Part shown: positions 60,699-64,000 of the stretch, one piece after another
How positions within the stretch are numbered: the stretch's first letter is position 1
Layout of the letters: each line of letters starts with the position of its first letter
NCBI GenBank assembly: GCA_964653415.1
Contig: CAZZFJ010000001.1
Coordinates: 15,380 to 79,379, forward strand
Reading direction: 5' to 3'
DNA: 64,000 nt
DNA from: an uncultured Erysipelothrix sp.
GTDB lineage: Bacteria; Bacillota_I; Bacilli_A; Erysipelotrichales; Erysipelotrichaceae
Notes under the pieces: model-generated
Databases searched by the model: none
What the model was told of the DNA's origin: nothing
What the model saw: the letters and a program-made list of their open reading frames with translations, nothing else
Made by a program: the position numbers and the translations under genes

Positions 60699-62039
60699 AT
60701 GAATATTATAATCATCGGTGGTATTGCTGCTGGGATGAGCGTTGCTGCCAAAGCAAAACGAACCAACCCTAAGGCAAATATAACCGTTATAGAGAAAGAG
60801 GATTATATATCCTTTGGTGCTTGCGGACTTCCCTACTATATAGGAGGTCAATTTGAAGATGAAAATGAAATGTATGCTCGTTCAGTTGAGCAAATTCGTG
60901 AAAGTGGTATTGAGGTACTCTTAAAACATGAAGTGTTAAGTGTCGATTTTGACAACAAAACCCTTGAAACACTGGATTACACATCCAATACAAAAACGAC
61001 AATGAGTTATGATCGTTTAATGATTGCAACAGGAGCCAGTGCCATTAAACCACCCATCAGTGGTATTGATGGCGAGAATGTCTATACTATTACTAAACCT
61101 TATGATGGAAATCGTTTCAAAGAAAATCTTCATTTGATGCAAGAAATTGTGATTGTGGGGGGTGGCTTTATTGGTGTTGAGATGGCTGAACAGCTAGCAC
61201 ACGCTGGGAAAAAGGTTCACATTATAGAAGCTCAAGATAACTTACTAAGTGGCCCTTTTGATCCTGAAATTTCACAGAAAATTAAGGAAGCCTTAGAGGC
61301 AGCAGATGTTGATGTTCACTTATCAGCCCTTGCGAAATCTTTTAATACTGAAAATGGAAAAGTGGTATCTGTTGAAACAAATCAAGGAACCTTCAATACA
61401 GATGCAGTGATTGTTTCAGTAGGTTTTAGACCCAACACAGCCTTTATTAAAGGCCAATTAGATATGCTTGATAATGGCGCAATCATTGTAGATGAATATG
61501 GACAAACTTCGATAAAAGATGTCTTTGCTGCAGGAGATTGTGCGACTGTCAATCATCGTATTGCATCTACACGCTATATCCCTCTTGCAACTTATGCCAA
61601 TAAGATGGGACGTTTAATTGGAACAAACATTGTTTCTGACAAAAAGGATTGGCTTGCTTTTGCGGGAGCCTTAGGTTCAGGAGCCATAAAGGCTGGAGCT
61701 TTTGAGGCAGCCACAACAGGCATTACCGAGCAAACTGCTAAGGACTTACATCTTAATTACAAAACAACCCTTGTGTATACAAACAATCATTCCAATTATT
61801 ATACTGATGTGCCACAAGAGAAAATAATGATTAAACTCATTTATGAAGCGGATACTAAAGTATTATTGGGAGCCCAGGTTTTTGGTAGAAATGAAGCTGT
61901 TCTAAGAATCCATGCATTCACAACTGCCATTCATGCTAAACTCACTGCAGATGAAATTGGCTTTATTGATTATGCTTACGCACCACCATTTGCATCAACT
62001 TGGGAAGCAATAAATGTCGCTGCAAATACAGCAAAATAA
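60699..62039 (+). CDS. CoA-disulfide reductase / NADH oxidase-peroxidase family flavoprotein
   Basis: GGIAAGMS, single redox Cys in SFGACGLPY, ATGA, GGGFIGVEMAE, FAAGDCA and YAPPFA. No rhodanese tail. Preceded by a TTGACA-17-TAGAAT promoter. Confidence 0.88.
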   Translation: MNIIIIGGIAAGMSVAAKAKRTNPKANITVIEKEDYISFGACGLPYYIGGQFEDENEMYARSVEQIRESGIEVLLKHEVLSVDFDNKTLETLDYTSNTKTTMSYDRLMIATGASAIKPPISGIDGENVYTITKPYDGNRFKENLHLMQEIVIVGGGFIGVEMAEQLAHAGKKVHIIEAQDNLLSGPFDPEISQKIKEALEAADVDVHLSALAKSFNTENGKVVSVETNQGTFNTDAVIVSVGFRPNTAFIKGQLDMLDNGAIIVDEYGQTSIKDVFAAGDCATVNHRIASTRYIPLATYANKMGRLIGTNIVSDKKDWLAFAGALGSGAIKAGAFEAATTGITEQTAKDLHLNYKTTLVYTNNHSNYYTDVPQEKIMIKLIYEADTKVLLGAQVFGRNEAVLRIHAFTTAIHAKLTADEIGFIDYAYAPPFASTWEAINVAANTAK

Positions 62040-62058
62040 TATTTAAAGGAGAAAAGAT

Positions 62059-63474
62059 ATGTTAAATTCACCATTTTTTACACAATTCTTAAAAATCAGT
62101 AATCCCATTACTTTGATTGCAATTGTGGCATTAGTCGGAGCACTGTTTGCTCTAAATAAAATGAACAAAAAGAAAGTAAGCTTTTCCAATCGAATGCTGA
62201 TTGCTTTAGCAATTGGTCTTGTGATTGGTCTTGCCATTGATTTCTTTGGTTCTAATTTTGAAGTGTATGATAAATTCGCCCGCAAGGAGATTTCAGTTTG
62301 GTTTAGTTTAATTGGTTCAGGCTTTGTAAGACTGGTTCAATTAATGGCAGTACCTGTAGTTTTCTTATCTATTATCAAAGTAGTAGTGGATGTTGAGGGC
62401 GATCGTATACGCACATTAACCGGAAAAACTTTCTTTGTTTTACTTGGAACTACTTCAATTTCAGCTATTGTTGGTATTACAGTAGTTAAATTATTTGGAC
62501 TTCAAGGATCCAATTTTACCGGCACTCTTTCTGAAAGTAGTATTGATCGTATGGGTAGCATCGCTGCTCAAAGCTTCCCTGAGTTTTTCTTACAATTGAT
62601 TCCAAATAATATATTCTCAGTTTTCAGCAATAACGCATCGGTTGTTTCTGTTGTTATTATCGCAGCAATGTTTGCCTCAGCCATTCGTTTCTTACAGGTC
62701 AAAAAACCGGATCAGGTTAGACCTTTTGTTGAAGTATTGGATTCTATTCGTACAACAGTAAACTCTGTTTTAATTAACGTTATAAAGTTAATGCCTTATG
62801 GTATTGTAGCCTTGGTATCTAACACCTTAATTTCTAACGGTTTAGACGCTATTGCTGGAGTAATAGGCTTTATTATTGCCCTTTATGTAGGGGTAATAAT
62901 TATGATGTTAGTCTATGTTGTAATTTTGGTACTACTGGGTTTAAATCCCATCACTTTCTACAAGAAAGCTTACACTACAATCGTCTTTGCATTTTCTAGT
63001 CGTTCTAGTGTAGGTACCCTTCCCTATACTCTAAAAACCTTAAACGATGATTTAGGTGTTTCTTCACAAACCTCAAACTTTGTCGCAACTCTTGGAACAT
63101 CAATCGGTATGAATGGATGTGCTGGAGTCTTTCCTGCAATGCTTGCAACATTAGTAGCTTCTGCAGTAGGCTATGAGATGAACTTTGCATTCTATGTCTT
63201 GGTTGTTCTAGTGGTTACTATTGGTTCCATTGGAATTGCTGGTGTCCCTGGAACTTCTACCGTTGCTGCAACTGTAACCCTTAATGGATTAGGCTTTGGA
63301 GCAGCAATGTCTCATATTGGTGCCATTTTTGGTATTGATCCTATTATTGATATGGGCCGTACTGCATTGAATGTCACAGGTTCCATGGTCGCTGCAATCG
63401 TAGTGGATAATTGGGAGCAAAGCTTCAATAAAGATTTATACAATAGTCCAAAGAAATTAGATATAGAAGAATAA
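62059..63474 (+). CDS. tcyP: DAACS-family cation:amino acid symporter, TcyP (L-cystine)-like
   Basis: FVRLVQLMAVP, FSSRSSVGTLP, SIGMNGCAGVFP, SIGIAGVPG and DPIIDMGRTALNVTG. Confidence 0.75.
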   Translation: MLNSPFFTQFLKISNPITLIAIVALVGALFALNKMNKKKVSFSNRMLIALAIGLVIGLAIDFFGSNFEVYDKFARKEISVWFSLIGSGFVRLVQLMAVPVVFLSIIKVVVDVEGDRIRTLTGKTFFVLLGTTSISAIVGITVVKLFGLQGSNFTGTLSESSIDRMGSIAAQSFPEFFLQLIPNNIFSVFSNNASVVSVVIIAAMFASAIRFLQVKKPDQVRPFVEVLDSIRTTVNSVLINVIKLMPYGIVALVSNTLISNGLDAIAGVIGFIIALYVGVIIMMLVYVVILVLLGLNPITFYKKAYTTIVFAFSSRSSVGTLPYTLKTLNDDLGVSSQTSNFVATLGTSIGMNGCAGVFPAMLATLVASAVGYEMNFAFYVLVVLVVTIGSIGIAGVPGTSTVAATVTLNGLGFGAAMSHIGAIFGIDPIIDMGRTALNVTGSMVAAIVVDNWEQSFNKDLYNSPKKLDIEE

Positions 63475-63500
63475 AAAAGAGCTCGCTAACTGCGGGCTCT
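63473..63500. terminator. Terminator between convergent tcyP and hemW
   Basis: AGAGCTCGC-TAACT-GCGGGCTCT with an A run on the left. Confidence 0.7.
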
Positions 63501-64000
63501 AATCCATAAATTCTAATAAAATATCATCCAACATTATAAATCCCTCTTCACTTGCAGTGATATGGGTATCGCTTAAGATTATTAAATCTTGAGCTTTTTT
63601 TATGGCCTCATGATAATGTTTTCTAAAATCTACGCCAAATACATCATAAAATCGTTTAAAGGAAATACCTTCTTTTAGTCTTAAACCCATCATAACAAAT
63701 TCAAACATGGATTCGTCCTTACTTAGATGAAGAATTTCATCAAAGGTATCGCCCCGTAAATAACGGCGCATATTAGAGGTCCAAGTTTTTCGAACATTAT
63801 CAATTTTCATACTACTCCCAGGACCTAATGCATAATAATTTTCATAGTGCCAATACACTTTGTTGTGACGACTTTGATAATTCTTTTTTGCAAAATTGGA
63901 TATTTCATAATGTTCATATCCATTAGATTTCATCATATCAATGCATCTTAAATACATTTCTGTTTCTAAATCAACAGATACTTGCTTGATACCAGCCTTC
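63499..64000 (-). CDS. hemW: Radical SAM heme chaperone HemW (HemN-like), C-terminal part; open at the window edge
   Basis: YEHYEISNFAK...SRHNKVYW..ENYYALGPGS and EFVMMGLRLKEGI. The frame stays open to 64000 (KAGIKQVSVDLETEMY). Confidence 0.85.
   Translation of the reverse strand, partial: KAGIKQVSVDLETEMYLRCIDMMKSNGYEHYEISNFAKKNYQSRHNKVYWHYENYYALGPGSSMKIDNVRKTWTSNMRRYLRGDTFDEILHLSKDESMFEFVMMGLRLKEGISFKRFYDVFGVDFRKHYHEAIKKAQDLIILSDTHITASEEGFIMLDDILLEFMD

Noticed and set aside
63499-64000. Coproporphyrinogen III oxidase (HemN) implying heme synthesis
   Set aside because: Only the C-terminal part is visible and no other hem genes are in the window. The stand-alone Firmicute member is usually HemW.

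Overview
Gene-dense, low-GC Firmicute chromosomal segment, mostly housekeeping and mostly on the minus strand. Gene content and protein style suggest Erysipelotrichaceae (Erysipelothrix-like); this is an inference, and the standard genetic code is used. It contains ppiB, a CorC/CNNM gene, lemA, an FtsX-type ABC exporter, cca, ileS and leuS (each with a T-box), hpf-sepF-divIVA, ald, mgtA, an oppABCDF peptide transporter and a trehalose PTS operon with a BglG-type antiterminator and RAT/terminator. It also has an ndh2-dmkB-dmkA cluster resembling the core of the flavin-based extracellular electron transfer locus, a two-gene AAA-ATPase + RloB/TOPRIM (AbiL/RloAB-like) putative defence cassette, asnA and an atp operon running directly into ktrBA and an unannotated 56-aa membrane ORF. 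The last part holds tRNA-Arg(CCG), a pyr operon with two PyrR attenuators but no carAB, FMN riboswitch-ribU, a CoA-disulfide-reductase/NADH-oxidase + cystine-symporter pair and partial hemW. I saw no CRISPR array, prophage, IS or integrase. The best leads are short leader ORFs with switchable hairpins ahead of both Mg2+-related transport genes, the RloAB-like cassette, the partial EET locus, and the Na+-signature ATP synthase coupled to Ktr plus a small ORF. All calls come from motif reading by eye; no database searches were run.
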